This document shows positions 33,206 to 34,783 of a DNA stretch of 34,783 nt, in pieces. Source of the stretch: a virus. Its lineage: Duplodnaviria > Caudoviricetes. The stretch's first letter is position 1. Each line of letters opens with the position of its first letter. The notes under the pieces were generated by a model. It ran no database searches and was not told the DNA's origin. It saw only the letters and a list, made by a program, of their open reading frames with translations. The DNA lies in IMG/VR virus record IMGVR_UViG_3300031519_000100, positions 1 through 34,783 of that record; one strand, 5' to 3'. Both the position numbers and the translations under genes were made by a program.

Positions 33206-34732
33206 ATGAGCACAAAGATAAACGCAAGGAGTCCCTTTTTTATAAGTTATACCGAACCGGTTAAGCCTTTAGTCGCCTTGACCTGTACGTTAATAGATGC
33301 CACAAGTTTCGCCGTAGGCGTTCAAGGAGAGATAACATTACCTAATATAGCTTATGGAACTTTTATAAGTATTACAAGTTCAAGTAGTGATTTTGCTAAC
33401 GGTAAATGGGCAGTAGTAGCTTCACCAACTACAAGATCTATGATCGTAAGGGTCTTAGTACCTTCCGGATTTTCTAACGCCGGGGCTTATCTAGATTGTA
33501 CCGTTACGGCAAATCAAGTAGTTGCTTCTTGTGTAAATAGAATTACTTTAAATACTCCAATATCAGACAAAACTTTATCTGTCTTTGGTTATTCGACTAC
33601 AATAACATTAAGTGATAATTTTAGTATAAGTGCAGGCACATTGGCTTACAAATTAGGACAAAATTCTTTTTCGGAGTTTGATTTGTCTTTACAAGCGGGA
33701 GTAGTAACTATAACAACAAAGACAACGGCGGGTGTATTTCCTGTTGTAATTGTTGCTTTTAGTTCAACAGATAGTACTACTTGCGAGGTTGTAGATAGTT
33801 TTAACGTAACCGTAAATAATGCAGGGACATTTAGTTGTACAACTGCAAACCTTTTAGGAGGAAATATATCGTCGGCAGGTGTATTAACGTTACCAAATTC
33901 GGTTGGTTTAATTACCAAGACGATGGAATCAAGTGGAGGTAATCCAGTTACAAGTGTAGCTGCTAACGGTGCAAGTGGATCAATTAGTAAAACTTTATTT
34001 TATGCCATAACAGTACCAACAGGTTTTGCAAATGCAGGTGCGAGTGTTGAATGTAGTGTATCTTATACTCAAACGTCAAACGTAGTAACTCCAACATTAG
34101 CTTGTAATTTAATTGATTTTGATGATCAGGCTATTTTAACATCAGGAGTTGTATTGCCCGGAACTTTAGAAGATCATAATAGTTTTGCATCAGGTAGTTT
34201 GGATTTAACCGACTTTAATTATACCCCTAAAAGTTTTGCAAAAGTTTCAAGTAATACAGACAGAGATGTTACATATTCAATAACAGTACCTAATGGGTAT
34301 TCAAACGCGGGGGCTACTTTAAGTTGTGTTTACGAAATTTTACAACCTGCGGACGTTAATTTTATAGATTGTAATACAAGAGATGAGGTATTTTTTATAG
34401 GCGTTCAAACTCCTTTAGCCTCAAATTATTTAACTGATTATTCCTATGCTACCGCTAACGTTAGATATTTAAAAGTTTACGCAGATACAACTGATGTATA
34501 TAATCTTCAAGGAAAAACGCTTTGCGTAGGATCAATAGGCGGAACTGATAAAAGTCCTTTTATAGTAGGAAACGGAAACATTACTGCAATAGGTAGAATT
34601 AATTATGGACAGGGCGGTGTATCTACCGTAACAGTACCAGAGGAGTTTTGGATTACATTTGGATCAGGAAACGTAGTACAAACTTTACACCGTAAAAATT
34701 ACGCAAACCAAACAACAGTACAGATATTTTAA
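33206..34732 (+). CDS. Second copy (terminal repeat) of the 508-aa Cys-repeat tail-associated protein
   Basis: Translation identical to 506..2032. Confidence 0.6.
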   Translation: MSTKINARSPFFISYTEPVKPLVALTCTLIDATSFAVGVQGEITLPNIAYGTFISITSSSSDFANGKWAVVASPTTRSMIVRVLVPSGFSNAGAYLDCTVTANQVVASCVNRITLNTPISDKTLSVFGYSTTITLSDNFSISAGTLAYKLGQNSFSEFDLSLQAGVVTITTKTTAGVFPVVIVAFSSTDSTTCEVVDSFNVTVNNAGTFSCTTANLLGGNISSAGVLTLPNSVGLITKTMESSGGNPVTSVAANGASGSISKTLFYAITVPTGFANAGASVECSVSYTQTSNVVTPTLACNLIDFDDQAILTSGVVLPGTLEDHNSFASGSLDLTDFNYTPKSFAKVSSNTDRDVTYSITVPNGYSNAGATLSCVYEILQPADVNFIDCNTRDEVFFIGVQTPLASNYLTDYSYATANVRYLKVYADTTDVYNLQGKTLCVGSIGGTDKSPFIVGNGNITAIGRINYGQGGVSTVTVPEEFWITFGSGNVVQTLHRKNYANQTTVQIF

Positions 34733-34734
34733 TT

Positions 34735-34783
34735 ATGGCATTTGAATCGGTAAACTTACAAATATATATTTATAGCGGAACTT
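34735..34783 (+). CDS. 3'-truncated copy of the 2035..3021 gene
   Basis: MAFESVNLQIYIYSGT, cut by the window end. Confidence 0.7.
   Translation, partial: MAFESVNLQIYIYSGT

Larger units (their letters stand above)
1..34783. mobile_element. Complete tailed bacteriophage genome (about 32.7 kb unit plus terminal overlap), siphovirus-like, probable Bacteroidota host
   Basis: Full set of terminase, portal, protease, capsid, tail, lysis and replication genes; ends overlap by about 2.08 kb; Bacteroidota-type promoters. Confidence 0.95.
32703..34783 (+). repeat. Terminal direct repeat, right copy
   Basis: Matches 1-2083; the two 508-aa translations are identical. Confidence 0.97.

Noticed and set aside
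18023-33918. Remaining overlapping ORFs (18023, 18580, 18609, 20616, 23120, 26828, 27592, 28139, 29495, 33646)
   Set aside because: Alternative-frame or antisense overlaps of genes with clear family motifs or clean operon packing.
1-34783. Lysogeny module, or alternative genetic code given the abundance of TAG
   Set aside because: No integrase or repressor is recognisable. Genes are intact and tightly packed under the standard code, with TAG, TAA and TGA all used as stops.

Overview
The window is an essentially complete, circularly permuted genome (unit length about 32.7 kb) of an AT-rich tailed dsDNA phage. It is siphovirus-like and probably infects Bacteroidota/Flavobacteriia, judged from TTTG...TAnnTTTG host-type promoters, a DUF3127-type SSB and the lack of obvious Shine-Dalgarno sites. 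Bases 1-2083 are repeated at 32703-34783; the first ~580 bp of the two copies are clearly divergent and the rest looks identical. Almost all genes are on the + strand, in this order: tail tip and tape measure, prohead protease, scaffold, capsid, major tail, portal, tail fibre with S74 chaperone, lysis, recombination/replication (NinG, ERF, SSB, DnaB-like helicase, RecE-like exonuclease), a phage sigma factor, terminase, and a frameshifting tail chaperone. I saw no integrase, repressor, DNA polymerase, primase or tRNA. The standout is an operon at 26011-28171 encoding a CmoA-like carboxy-SAM synthase, a C5-cytosine DNA methyltransferase homologue whose motif X Asn is replaced by Arg (GRAVPP), and a PD-(D/E)xK nuclease. 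This points to DNA carboxymethylation (5-carboxymethylcytosine). Other highlights are a six-copy phage late promoter (WACAAA-N12-TTATTATAT) that probably yields leaderless mRNAs, moron-like cassettes built from shared promoter blocks, a 25-aa CDGSH microprotein in the lysis cassette, and a sharp oligonucleotide mosaic. Product calls come from motif recognition by eye, not from database searches.
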